Below the pieces are notes generated by a model. It made no database searches and was not told where the DNA came from. It worked only from the letters and a program-made list of their open reading frames with translations. Both the position numbers and the translations under genes were made by a program. DNA of 63,552 nt, counting the filler, from Candidatus Hydrogenedentota bacterium (GTDB lineage Bacteria > JBFMHD01), in NCBI GenBank assembly GCA_040752395.1. It is 7 parts of 7 records of this genome, joined end to end, with 100 filler letters (N's around TTAATTAATTAA, not from the genome) between each part and the next. Parts side by side here need not be neighbours in the genome. Positions count along the whole stretch, not along the records: positions 35,450 to 42,346 come from JBFMHD010000149.1; positions 42,447 to 63,552 come from JBFMHD010000015.1; 5 more parts are not named here. The stretch is one strand, 5' to 3'. Position 1 is the first letter of the stretch; every line of letters begins with the position of its first letter. Below, in pieces: positions 38,873 through 48,985 of this stretch.

Positions 38873-39741
38873 GCATACTCATTGATAAAAATACTAAACT
38901 TGTGGTTCAGGGTATAACAGGTAGAGAGGGTGGGTTCCATACCCAAAAGATGATTGAGTATGGTACCAACGTCGTCGCTGGTGTCACACCTGGTAAGGGA
39001 GGTGAAAAAGTTTTAGGAGTACCTGTATTTGATTCAGTTGATTCTGCTGTTAAAGAAAAAGGTGCAGATACCGCTGTAATCTTTGTTCCAGCAGCTTTTG
39101 CTCCTGATGCTATAATCGAAGCCGCATTAACTGGTATTAAACTTATTGTTTGTATAACCGAGGGTATCCCTGTTATTGATATGGCTAAAGTAATGAGTAT
39201 TATAAATAAGATGGGTGTCAAATTAATAGGGCCTAATTGTCCGGGGATTATAAGTCCGGGTAAAGCAAAGATAGGAATTATGCCTGGATATATACATAAA
39301 CAAGGTAATATTGGTGTTATATCAAGAAGTGGAACACTCACCTATGAGATTGTCTATAATTTAACTAAAGACAACTTAGGTCAATCAACCTGCATTGGTA
39401 TTGGTGGCGATCCTGTTACTGGGATGTATTTTATTGACTGTTTGAAGGAATTTAAAGATGATAAAGAGACAGAGGCTGTTGTTATTATAGGTGAGATAGG
39501 TGGCTCCAGCGAAGAAGAAGCAGCGGTTTATATAAAGAGAGAGTTTAATAAACCTGTGGTCGCTTTTATTGCAGGTCAGACAGCGCCACCTGGTAAACGA
39601 ATGGGACATGCAGGTGCTATCATCTCAGGTGGCAAGGGCACAGCTTTAGAGAAGATTAAAGTTTTACAGGACTGTGGTATTAAAGTTGCAAAAACACCAT
39701 CTGAAATCCCGGGACTGATACGATCAGCCTTAACGCATTAA
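38869..39741 (+). CDS. sucD: Succinyl-CoA synthetase alpha subunit
   Basis: [29 protein letters not shown]. Confidence 0.97.
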   Translation: MSILIDKNTKLVVQGITGREGGFHTQKMIEYGTNVVAGVTPGKGGEKVLGVPVFDSVDSAVKEKGADTAVIFVPAAFAPDAIIEAALTGIKLIVCITEGIPVIDMAKVMSIINKMGVKLIGPNCPGIISPGKAKIGIMPGYIHKQGNIGVISRSGTLTYEIVYNLTKDNLGQSTCIGIGGDPVTGMYFIDCLKEFKDDKETEAVVIIGEIGGSSEEEAAVYIKREFNKPVVAFIAGQTAPPGKRMGHAGAIISGGKGTALEKIKVLQDCGIKVAKTPSEIPGLIRSALTH

Positions 39742-39753
39742 CCATTGGTATCT

Positions 39754-40023
39754 ATGACTAACGAGAAGTATCTATGTTTTAATTTAAGCTGGTGTAAACG
39801 ATGCAGATTATGTGCATATATCTGTCCTAAGAATGTTATTGATTTTGATGAAAAGGGGTTCCCGTATGCTGCTCGATTAAATGATTGTATCCAGTGCGGT
39901 CAATGTGTAACCTATTGCCCGGATTTTGCTATTATCGGCGTTAAAGAAGAAAAAGAAAAATTAATATTAAATCGATATATTGATGAAAATACCAATATAA
40001 GAGAGGTAGAGATAAATGCCTGA
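39754..40023 (+). CDS. korD: 2-oxoacid:ferredoxin oxidoreductase delta (ferredoxin-like) subunit
   Basis: CKRCRLCAYICP and CIQCGQCVTYCPDFAI. Confidence 0.88.
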   Translation: MTNEKYLCFNLSWCKRCRLCAYICPKNVIDFDEKGFPYAARLNDCIQCGQCVTYCPDFAIIGVKEEKEKLILNRYIDENTNIREVEINA

Positions 40024-41146
40024 ACGAATAGCATTTCTGCAGGGCAATGAAGCCTGTGCTGAAGGCGCTTTACTTGCTGGTGTGCAATTTTATGGTGGAT
40101 ATCCAATAACACCTTCAACTGAAATAGCTGAGCTTTTAAGTAAAAGGTTGCCAGAGATTGGTGGAAAATTTATTCAGATGGAAGATGAGATAGCGGCTTT
40201 GGGTGCGTGTATCGGTGCTTCGCTCACAGGCTTAAAATCTATGACTGCTTCAAGTGGACCAGGGATGTCCTTAAAACAGGAACATATAGGTTACGCAGCG
40301 CTTTGTGATGTACCGGTTGTTATAGTTGATGTTCAGCGTGGGGGACCATCAACCGGGCTCCCAACTCAGGTATCTCAAGCTGATGTTATGCAGGCACGAT
40401 GGGGAACTCATGGTGACCATCCTATTATTGCGATTGCACCATCAAGTGTTGAAGAAGTTCTATACATGACTATCAAAGCATTTAATCTATCTGAGAAACT
40501 GATGACACCAGTAATTGTTTTAACCGATGAAGTTATAGGTCATATGAGAGAGAAAGTGAAGATACCTGACAAAGATAAGATAGAGCTATGGGAGAGAAAG
40601 AAACCAGCTGTTTCACCCGAGGATTATAAACCATTTGATACAGATGATGACGATATACCTGCACTTGCAACTTTCGGGAGTGGATATAGATATAATGTAA
40701 CAGGACTGATGCATGACAGAGCTGGGTTCCCAACCACAAGACCAGATGAAGTCCAGGATTTGCTCGATAGAATCCATAGAAAAATAGAGAAACATATTGA
40801 TATTATAACTGATGTAGAATATTACGGTGAAGAAAATGCTTCTTTGGGATTTATCTCCTATGGTTCAAGTGCAAGAACAACAAAAAAAGCTGTTCAAGTA
40901 CTGAAACAAAAAGGCATTAATACGAATATGATGAGAATAAAAACTCTCTGGCCGATACCTGCTAAAGAAATATTTGAGTTCTGTAAAGACAAAGAAAAAG
41001 TTTTTGTAGTAGAAATGAATATGGGACAATATATACATCCTGTTAAAAGTGTCTCGGATGACCCATATAAAATAAAAGGGATTTACAGATACGATGGTGA
41101 TTTTATAACACCACGGGAAATTATTGATAGAGTCGGGGGGTTTTAA
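40016..41146 (+). CDS. korA: 2-oxoacid:ferredoxin oxidoreductase alpha subunit
   Basis: GYPITPSTE, QMEDEI, QRGGPSTGLPT. Confidence 0.93.
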   Translation: MPERIAFLQGNEACAEGALLAGVQFYGGYPITPSTEIAELLSKRLPEIGGKFIQMEDEIAALGACIGASLTGLKSMTASSGPGMSLKQEHIGYAALCDVPVVIVDVQRGGPSTGLPTQVSQADVMQARWGTHGDHPIIAIAPSSVEEVLYMTIKAFNLSEKLMTPVIVLTDEVIGHMREKVKIPDKDKIELWERKKPAVSPEDYKPFDTDDDDIPALATFGSGYRYNVTGLMHDRAGFPTTRPDEVQDLLDRIHRKIEKHIDIITDVEYYGEENASLGFISYGSSARTTKKAVQVLKQKGINTNMMRIKTLWPIPAKEIFEFCKDKEKVFVVEMNMGQYIHPVKSVSDDPYKIKGIYRYDGDFITPREIIDRVGGF

Positions 41147-41152
41147 TCAACG

Positions 41153-42022
41153 ATGGACGCTAAAGTAAAAGAACGAATGACTAATCCTATGCACAATTAT
41201 TTAAGGCCCAAAAAGAAGTTCCCTACTGTTTGGTGTGCAGGATGTGGGAACGGCATAGTACTTCAGAGTATAGTATCAGCGATTGATTCTTTAGGTTTAG
41301 ATAGAAACAAGGTAGTGCTTGTTTCAGGCATAGGGTGTTCTTCGCGTGCACCGGTGTATGTTGATTTTAATTCATTACATACCACCCATGGCCGAGCGAT
41401 CGCATTTGCTTCTGGTGTTAAGTTTGCTGACCCACAATTAAAGGTTATAGTTATAACAGGTGATGGTGATGCTGTTGCAATTGGTGGAAATCATTTTATA
41501 CATGCTTGTAGAAGAAATATGGATATCACAGCGATAGTTTTCAATAACTATATTTATGGTATGACAGGCGGTCAGGTGTCGCCGACCACACCCCAGTCTG
41601 CGTTTGCTTCAACCTCGCCACATGGTAATATTGACCAACCATTTGATATATGTGAGCTTGCGATAGGTGCAGGCGCATCGTTCGTAGCTCGAACCACTGT
41701 CGCACACCCTAATCTTTTATATCAATATATATTACAGGGGTTAAAAAATAACGGGTTCTCAGTAATAGAAGTCTTGGTTAATTGCCCTACTAACTTTGGC
41801 AGACGAAACAAACTTGGGGACGCTGTTAATATGATTAAAAGTTTGAAAGAGATGGCCATAACTATGGATTCACTTAAAAGTAAATGGATGAAAGAGCAGA
41901 ACATAGATTTGTCTGATTTAGAAAAACACATTCTGACCGGAATATTTACAGATATAAAAAAACCGCGATTTATTGAGAATTATGCCTCACTTATTAAACG
42001 ATTACAAAGATTGAAAGATTGA
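41153..42022 (+). CDS. korB: 2-oxoacid:ferredoxin oxidoreductase beta subunit
   Basis: WCAGCG, SGIGCS, HGRA, GDGD..IGGNH, YGMTGGQ. Confidence 0.93.
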   Translation: MDAKVKERMTNPMHNYLRPKKKFPTVWCAGCGNGIVLQSIVSAIDSLGLDRNKVVLVSGIGCSSRAPVYVDFNSLHTTHGRAIAFASGVKFADPQLKVIVITGDGDAVAIGGNHFIHACRRNMDITAIVFNNYIYGMTGGQVSPTTPQSAFASTSPHGNIDQPFDICELAIGAGASFVARTTVAHPNLLYQYILQGLKNNGFSVIEVLVNCPTNFGRRNKLGDAVNMIKSLKEMAITMDSLKSKWMKEQNIDLSDLEKHILTGIFTDIKKPRFIENYASLIKRLQRLKD

Positions 42023-42216
42023 AAGATTAAAAGGAAAGGCACAGAGGCACAAAGTATGAAAAGAGTCACAAGTCGCAAGTCGTGAGTCAAAACAGGACTC
42101 GAGACTCAAGACTTTTCAGCAGGCTCTTGGCTTTTGGCTCCAGGTGGCTGTAGTCCGTAGCCTGTAGCCTGTCCTGACACCTCTCACTTCTTCTGTTATC
42201 TTGCTTCTTGCTTCTA
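42010..42216 (+). repeat. Modular intergenic repeat copy inside the kor operon
   Basis: Same modules as 35450-35700; overlaps the korB stop codon. Confidence 0.92.
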
Positions 42217-42285
42217 AATAAAGGCAAATAAATTTGCAATTTACAATGGAGCGAAGCGACAATAGGATTGGAAAGGGGGGTCGTT

Positions 42286-42346
42286 ATGCGAAAGATTTCT
42301 GGTAGATACGATATAAGATTAAGTGGTTCAGGTGGTCAGGGACTTG
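42286..42346 (+). CDS. korC: 2-oxoacid:ferredoxin oxidoreductase gamma subunit, 5' fragment cut by contig end
   Basis: MRKISGRYDIRLSGSGGQGL after a G-rich RBS. Confidence 0.8.
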
Positions 42347-42446
42347 NNNNNNNNNNNNNNNNNNNNNNNNNNNNNNNNNNNNNNNNNNNNTTAATTAATT
42401 AANNNNNNNNNNNNNNNNNNNNNNNNNNNNNNNNNNNNNNNNNNNN
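42347..42446. other. Artificial contig linker
   Basis: N run + TTAATTAATTAA. Confidence 0.99.
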
Positions 42447-42448
42447 TT

Positions 42449-42925
42449 ATAGGGCTCGGGTTAAATAAACGTGCTCCTGATGTAGATATCTCTCTTACTT
42501 TAACTTTACTTTTCCCACAGACTTTTGATAAAAAAAAGATGGATGTAGAAAGTATCGAAAAAAAAGTCGAAAATTTCATAAGATTAGGGTATAAGTACAG
42601 TTTAGAAGGTGATTGGACGAATGCGGGTGAGGCTTTTTATAAAGCAAGCGAATTAGACCCCACAAATACTAAAGCTCTCAATAATATGGGTAGCGCTTAT
42701 CTTGAAATAGGCAAGTATAAAGAAGCAAAAGAGGTATTCGAAAGAGCGGTCTCTTTAGCCCCAAATGACCCTGATATCCATTATAATCTTGGATTAGCAT
42801 ATTTAAAACTTGATGACCTTCTTTCTGCTAAACATTCGTGGGAAAAAACCTTATCATTAAATCCCGCACACGAGGGAGCATCAAGAAATTTGAGGATACT
42901 TAGCATCGGAGGGATTGGAGAATGA
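42449..42925 (+). CDS. TPR protein, 5'-truncated by contig start
   Basis: Frame is open from the contig start (IGLGLNKRAPDVDISL...) into three TPRs. Confidence 0.75.
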   Translation: MGLGLNKRAPDVDISLTLTLLFPQTFDKKKMDVESIEKKVENFIRLGYKYSLEGDWTNAGEAFYKASELDPTNTKALNNMGSAYLEIGKYKEAKEVFERAVSLAPNDPDIHYNLGLAYLKLDDLLSAKHSWEKTLSLNPAHEGASRNLRILSIGGIGE

Positions 42926-43359
42926 TAAAGGGTTGTCTGTTCTATGTTATCATAACTATATTGATCGTGTATGGTGGTGCTGTATATATTGACCAACGAT
43001 ATTTGCCAAAACATCAGGCAAAAGAATTTTTATCTGATATAAAAATTCTACAAGAATCCACGCTTTATCCTGAAAACGAAAAAACTTACCCAAAAGCAAA
43101 AAAATATAATGCTCCTATCCCCGGCATCATACTTAATTTTACACTACTTGATGCTTCATTCGAAAAATTTTATATTAAATGGGTCCCTCAAGAAAAAAAA
43201 GACTTCCCTCAATGCAAATTAAGATATAGAATTAAATTTAATAAGAGTTATGGACAGGATGAAGATATTTATGTTATAATACTTGAGAACGAGGAACCTA
43301 ATAACCCATTCATTCCAGGATGGGTTGTTACAGAATTTGTAGAGGAAGAAGAAAGATGA
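42922..43359 (+). CDS. Hypothetical membrane-anchored protein
   Basis: N-terminal TM; ATGA overlaps with both neighbours. Confidence 0.7.
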   Translation: MIKGCLFYVIITILIVYGGAVYIDQRYLPKHQAKEFLSDIKILQESTLYPENEKTYPKAKKYNAPIPGIILNFTLLDASFEKFYIKWVPQEKKDFPQCKLRYRIKFNKSYGQDEDIYVIILENEEPNNPFIPGWVVTEFVEEEER

Positions 43360-45596
43360 GAAACAGGTCAATCTCACTATTCGTAATAATCATTATTGTT
43401 TCTACAACTCTTTTCTCACAAAATCTTCCAACCATAAATGACGGACTCAAATCGTTTTATGAAGGCAAATATAAAGATGCATTAATAACTTTTCGAACTT
43501 TATCTCAGGACTCAAGTTTTAAAGATAGAGATTTAGCTCTTTATTATGCTGGTATCTCCTGTGAAAGATTAAACCAGCCAGAAGATGCACTCGTATATTA
43601 TCAGACAATAATAGAAAGATATAAAGATTCCTCGATGCTCGAGTACGCTAATATAAGAATAAATGAATTAAAAAGTCAGAAGATTAAACCTTCGCAGATA
43701 AGTAAAAAAGAAAAAATAAAAAAGACTGATAAAGACAAAACTACTAAACCTAAACCAGAAATCAAGAAGGCTGATTTAGAAAAATTAAAACAAGGTGATC
43801 TCAGTATTAAAGTAAAATCAGGCGAGAGCTTAAGCAGCATTGCCACGATTTATTATGGAGATGCCTCTTATTACAAAAGAATAGCTGAATACAATGGCAT
43901 AAAACCACCTTACTTTATTTATGTGGGTCAGACGCTTGTTTTACCAGGATTGTCAAAAATAGGTGAAAAAATACCTGATTTTAAACAAGGAAGAGAGATC
44001 GCTCTACAAAGAGAAAAAGATGCTGTGATCGTTAAATTTCCACAAAAAATTAAAGAAGAAGAAATACCTACGATAGAAAAAGAAACCGAGGTTAGAAAAG
44101 AACAACCTTTGCCAGAAGTCCCACCTGTTGTCTTAAAAGAAACAGAACCATTGAAAATTACAATAAACATTAGTCAACAACAGGAAATCTGGGATAAAGC
44201 TGTTATTGAATTCAAAAAAGAACAATATCTAAATTCACTCAAGATATTAAAAGAGATAATAGATAATTACTCAGAAAGTAATTATGCCATACGCTCAAGA
44301 TACTTTCGAGGGTTTATATATTATACTCTGGGAAACCTTATACAGGCTATACCAGAATATATCTCAGTTGCTAAAATCTCGATGGATGACCCTATCGCCG
44401 ATGATGCTTTATACAGTGCAGCTGAACTATATTATTTTGTCCTGAAAGACTATGATAAAGCTCTTGAATTGTATAACATTCTTGACAAGATGGATCAGGA
44501 ACCAATCCTTGAGAATGGGTTCCCATTAAAACCTCTTATTAAACGCAGAATAGAAGAAGCCAAGCAGATTAAACAAATAGGTATAGAAGTTTCAGAACTT
44601 AAACAACAACCTGTCATTACTTTACCTCCACCTCTTTTTAAAACAGAAGAACCAAAAGAATTAAAACCAGAAATTGTCGTCGAAAAAGAGACAAAGCCTG
44701 TAATTGTTGTTGAAAAGGATGAAGTAAAAACAAAAAAAGAAGAACTTGAGAAATTAATTGTTGAAGCTGAAGAGACCTTAAAAAAACAGATTCAAAAACC
44801 TGATACAGTTATACAACTACCACCAAAGAAAGTGAAAAAGAAAAAAGTAAAAAAGATTAAAGATACAAAGGTGGTTAAAAAACCTGTTTTTACCCCAAAA
44901 CCTAAAACCTATGGCCCTGTTGAAAAATATAGTGATATTGTAATGTTTGATGGTATGATAACAGATGAAAGCGAATTTAAAACTACTATTATTAAAAAAG
45001 AACAGGAAAGTATTGCAATTACTACTCCCACGGTATCTATGAAAGAAAAATATGATAAAGAAATAGAGCCAGAATTGATAGTCATTCAAGAAAAAGCAAG
45101 AGAAGAAAAAAAGGAGTTTGCACCATCTAAATATCAGTCCTCTTTACATCTTCGGCTTGCCAGGGCTTACAGAGAGCAGGGAATGATACAGGAAGCCATA
45201 AGAGAATACGAAGAAGCTTTGAAATATGATGCGGATAATCCTGTAACTTATAATAATCTTGCGTATATGTATGTCGAATCAGGACAGAACTTACAAAGAG
45301 CAAAAGATTTAATACAGAAAGGATTATCATTAAATCCAGCATATCGTGGTTATTATCTTGATACCCTTGGATTGATATACTTTAAAGAAGGTAATAAAGA
45401 GCAGGCTATATTAAACTTTAAAAAATCAATTGAAGAAAAAGAAACCCCCCAAAGATACCTCCATCTTGGTATGGTGTATAGTGATTTAGGCCTTCGAGAA
45501 GAAGCTAAAGGTGCTTTTGCCAGGGCATACGAACTCTCAGGTGGACAGGGTATAGTTGCAGAAAAAGCTAAAGAATATCTTATAAACATCAAATAA
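43356..45596 (+). CDS. Secreted TPR + LysM protein
   Basis: Signal peptide from ATG 43356; VKSGESLSSIA..YYG...IAEYNGI...IYVGQTLVLP LysM; several TPR blocks; K/E/P-rich linkers. Confidence 0.88.
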   Translation: MRNRSISLFVIIIIVSTTLFSQNLPTINDGLKSFYEGKYKDALITFRTLSQDSSFKDRDLALYYAGISCERLNQPEDALVYYQTIIERYKDSSMLEYANIRINELKSQKIKPSQISKKEKIKKTDKDKTTKPKPEIKKADLEKLKQGDLSIKVKSGESLSSIATIYYGDASYYKRIAEYNGIKPPYFIYVGQTLVLPGLSKIGEKIPDFKQGREIALQREKDAVIVKFPQKIKEEEIPTIEKETEVRKEQPLPEVPPVVLKETEPLKITINISQQQEIWDKAVIEFKKEQYLNSLKILKEIIDNYSESNYAIRSRYFRGFIYYTLGNLIQAIPEYISVAKISMDDPIADDALYSAAELYYFVLKDYDKALELYNILDKMDQEPILENGFPLKPLIKRRIEEAKQIKQIGIEVSELKQQPVITLPPPLFKTEEPKELKPEIVVEKETKPVIVVEKDEVKTKKEELEKLIVEAEETLKKQIQKPDTVIQLPPKKVKKKKVKKIKDTKVVKKPVFTPKPKTYGPVEKYSDIVMFDGMITDESEFKTTIIKKEQESIAITTPTVSMKEKYDKEIEPELIVIQEKAREEKKEFAPSKYQSSLHLRLARAYREQGMIQEAIREYEEALKYDADNPVTYNNLAYMYVESGQNLQRAKDLIQKGLSLNPAYRGYYLDTLGLIYFKEGNKEQAILNFKKSIEEKETPQRYLHLGMVYSDLGLREEAKGAFARAYELSGGQGIVAEKAKEYLINIK

Positions 45597-45667
45597 ATTC
45601 TTTAGTATATCTATTCTTTTGCCGATAAACTATATGAAAATCAGTTAACTGATAGCGGAGTACCATC

Positions 45668-48600
45668 TTGAAGAGAAAAGAGCTCTTATTATTTTTTATT
45701 ATTATCAGTTTTTCTTTTTCAGTAATAGCCAAAGAAAATATCGACCCATCATTTGCAAAGAACCATTTTGATATCGGTATCTCTTATCTAAATGCTGCTT
45801 ATTATGATAAAGCTGTTGAAGAGTTCCAAAAAGCAATATCAATAGACAAAGAATATTTACCCGCTTATATAAATATGGGTGTTGCATTAAGTAAATTAGG
45901 TAAAGATGAAGAAGCAATTGATATCTTTCTTAAAGCCCTGCGTATTAAAGAGGATTCATTTGAAATCCATTATAATCTTGCATTATTAAAAAAGAAGAAG
46001 GGTTTAATTAAAGAAGCGGTTGCAGAGCTTGAGCGTTCTATTCAGTTGAACCCGTCTTCAAAAGAACCGTATATTTTGCTTGGAAATTTTTATTATTCTA
46101 ATGAATTATATCCACATGCACTTGAGGTCTTCAAAAAAGCCAAAGAGATAGACCCAAAGGATGCGAAACTTGATTTTAATCTCGGGTTAACATATCATAA
46201 ATTATCACAGCTTGATGAAGCTGAAAAACATTATAAATCAGCCTGTCTCGCATCCCCGGATAAAGCTGAGTATCATATCAATCTTGGTGTTCTATACTCT
46301 CAGAAAGGCGATAATGCAGGTGCGCTTGAAGCTTTTAGAAAAGCTACTATAGCCGACCCTAATTCTTATCTCGCCTTGTACAACGCGGGAAATCTCTACC
46401 TGAAAGAGGCTAATACCATAAGAGCGATCGGTTCCTTTATAGATTGTGTGAGAATAAAACAGGATTATGCACCGGCTCTTTATAAACTTGGAAAAATTTA
46501 TCTTAATATAGGTAATATTGAGAGAGCAAAATTCTATTTTGAAAAATTAGTGAATATAAGCGAACTCTCGCCACAGCTTAATTCAGACCTCGGACTTGTA
46601 TATTTTTATTCAGGTGACTATACGAAATCAGAGGAATATTTAAAAGAAGCAACAAAGACTTTACAAGCTGACCCTGATTTATATTTTACACTCGCTCGCA
46701 CTTTAATTGAACAGGGTAAAGACGAAGAAGCGATTAAATATTTTGATGAGGGGTTATCTTTAAGACCAGAAGACCTTGATGCAAAAAGAACTTATGCCCG
46801 GCTATTACAGAATATCGGTAGAATCAATGAGGCTATACATCAATGGAAAGAAGTATATCGACTTGAAGATAGAAAAGAAATAGAAGAGCACAAAGAGATC
46901 CTTGATAAAGAGTATACTGATAGAAAAACAGAGCTTGAAAAAGAATATAAATTAAAAGAAAGAGAGATCGAGACACTCAAACTCCAAATCGAAAGAGACA
47001 GAAAATATGTTGAGACAGTACAAGACCAGGCAGTTAAAATAGCTAAAAAGTTAAAATTATCACAGAGTAGAATCAACAATCTTGAGGAAGAACTGGCTTT
47101 GCTGCAGGAAAAAATGATAGCTCTAAAGAAAGAGTTAATGGATAAAGAAAAAGCCTCACTTGAAGAAAAAGAAAGAACAAATCTTGTACTCGAAAAGACA
47201 CGCCAGGCTATAGAAAAAGTCAAAGAAGAGCTCGAGTTATCACGTAAACGAGAAGAAGAACTAAAAAACAAAATGAAAGAGGTTGTATCTAAGGCAGAAC
47301 AGGCACGAGCCGAAGCTATTAATGAAAAAGAAGAAGCAAGCAGAGCCAAAGAGATCGCTAAAACAAAAGTAGAACAATTAAATCAGAATCTCGGAATGAT
47401 ACTTGAAGATATTAAAAGTAATGATATAGCAAAAGAGGTTCTGCCTGAAACAACACCATCAGCCCTTGATGCAAGATTATCGTTGATGAAGTCATCTGTC
47501 GGAGGTTTGTTATCCAGACTTAACGTTGTATCACAGGAAAGAGACGAGCTTTCAAAAAGTTTAGAAAATCTTAAAAAAGAAAAAGAAGAATTAACTGTAA
47601 AACTCAGCGAAACAAAAAAAGACGCTATAACCGCAGCTAAAAAAGCACAGGAAGCTGTAATGCTCGCTCAGGAAGCTGTGATCGCTATGAGACTCCAGAC
47701 CGATAATGAAATAAAGAGTCTGTTAAATAGAACCCGCGAGAATGTTGAAAAATTAAGAGAATCTTTACAAAAACAAGTTGAGTCACAGGTAAAACAAAAA
47801 ACTGAATACTTTAAGAAAAGATATGAGGAATTATCTGCAAAAGAAAGAAAAAGTTTTCTGCTGGAATTAAAAGATAAAGAAGAGAAGATTAAGGTTCTTG
47901 AGGAAAAAACCGCAAGACTCGAGGGTGTTATACGAGAAATATCAAAAATGATTGAAACTAAAGTCCAATCTAAAGTTGACGAGATTGAAAGAGAATATAA
48001 AAAGAAGATAGAAGTAATTAAAACTGAATCTAAAAAAGAACTCGATGAGTTGTTAAATACTAAAAAAGAACTCGAAACTAAAATCCAGGCTAAAGATGCT
48101 AAATTAGAAGAAGCTAAAAAATCGCTTCTGGACGTTGAGAAAAAAATCGATATCTTAACTAAAGAGATATCTATTATAACAGAAAAAGCCTCGAAAGAAA
48201 AAGAAGCCGCATTAAAAGATGCCGAGGCCTCCAGAAAAAAAGTTAAAGAAACCGAAGAAGAATTGACATCATTAAGAACCGAACTCGAAAAATTACAGAA
48301 AGAAGTTGATAGACTAAAAAAAGCACCATCACCAAAAGAAGAAGAAGCAAAGGCTATTCTTGAACGCGCTGAAAAAGTGGCAAAAGAAGTTGAAACTACT
48401 ATAAAGGAAATGGAAAAACTCCTTAAAGGTATCCCACAAAAAAGTGAAGACCAAACAGTAGAAGAGATTAAATCTTATCTCGATTCGTCTGTTAAAGAAT
48501 TATTAGAACAGGAAGATGTGCAAAAACTCTTAAATACACCTGATAATACCTTGTCTCTGGACGCACTCGAAACGAAAAAATCTATACTTGAACTTATAAA

Positions 48601-48928
48601 AAGTTATGAAGAGACCAAAAAAACAATGGATATGATTGATAAAGTATCAACCGAAGAAATGGAAAAAAGAATCAATGAACTGGAAAAACAAATATCCCAG
48701 CTCGAAAAAGCAAAAGAAAAAACAGAACTGCGAGGCGCTATAAATATAAATACAGCTACACGCAGCGAATTAGTAAGAATCCTTGGCGTCAGTACAGATA
48801 TCGCTGAAAATATTATCTGGTATAGAGAGACTCAGGGCATCTTTAAATCAACAAAAGATTTACTAAAAGTACCGGGTATCACTGAAGAAACCTTCGAACG
48901 TATCTCCAAACTCGTTAAAACAGAATAA
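45668..48928 (+). CDS. Secreted TPR + long coiled-coil + C-terminal helix-hairpin-helix (ComEA-like) protein
   Basis: Signal peptide, about 11 TPRs, about 600 aa of E/K-rich heptads, ININTATRSELVRILGV...IIWYRE..G.FKS..DLLKVPGI. Confidence 0.88.
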   Translation: MKRKELLLFFIIISFSFSVIAKENIDPSFAKNHFDIGISYLNAAYYDKAVEEFQKAISIDKEYLPAYINMGVALSKLGKDEEAIDIFLKALRIKEDSFEIHYNLALLKKKKGLIKEAVAELERSIQLNPSSKEPYILLGNFYYSNELYPHALEVFKKAKEIDPKDAKLDFNLGLTYHKLSQLDEAEKHYKSACLASPDKAEYHINLGVLYSQKGDNAGALEAFRKATIADPNSYLALYNAGNLYLKEANTIRAIGSFIDCVRIKQDYAPALYKLGKIYLNIGNIERAKFYFEKLVNISELSPQLNSDLGLVYFYSGDYTKSEEYLKEATKTLQADPDLYFTLARTLIEQGKDEEAIKYFDEGLSLRPEDLDAKRTYARLLQNIGRINEAIHQWKEVYRLEDRKEIEEHKEILDKEYTDRKTELEKEYKLKEREIETLKLQIERDRKYVETVQDQAVKIAKKLKLSQSRINNLEEELALLQEKMIALKKELMDKEKASLEEKERTNLVLEKTRQAIEKVKEELELSRKREEELKNKMKEVVSKAEQARAEAINEKEEASRAKEIAKTKVEQLNQNLGMILEDIKSNDIAKEVLPETTPSALDARLSLMKSSVGGLLSRLNVVSQERDELSKSLENLKKEKEELTVKLSETKKDAITAAKKAQEAVMLAQEAVIAMRLQTDNEIKSLLNRTRENVEKLRESLQKQVESQVKQKTEYFKKRYEELSAKERKSFLLELKDKEEKIKVLEEKTARLEGVIREISKMIETKVQSKVDEIEREYKKKIEVIKTESKKELDELLNTKKELETKIQAKDAKLEEAKKSLLDVEKKIDILTKEISIITEKASKEKEAALKDAEASRKKVKETEEELTSLRTELEKLQKEVDRLKKAPSPKEEEAKAILERAEKVAKEVETTIKEMEKLLKGIPQKSEDQTVEEIKSYLDSSVKELLEQEDVQKLLNTPDNTLSLDALETKKSILELIKSYEETKKTMDMIDKVSTEEMEKRINELEKQISQLEKAKEKTELRGAININTATRSELVRILGVSTDIAENIIWYRETQGIFKSTKDLLKVPGITEETFERISKLVKTE

Positions 48929-48985
48929 GCTATATTTATATCCTTGACAAAATTATATTTTTTTATTTCCTAATAAAATCTAATT

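Noticed and set aside
46840-47349. 169-aa Ser-rich minus-strand ORF and similar antisense ORFs
   Set aside because: Antisense shadows of E/K-rich or conserved coding sequence
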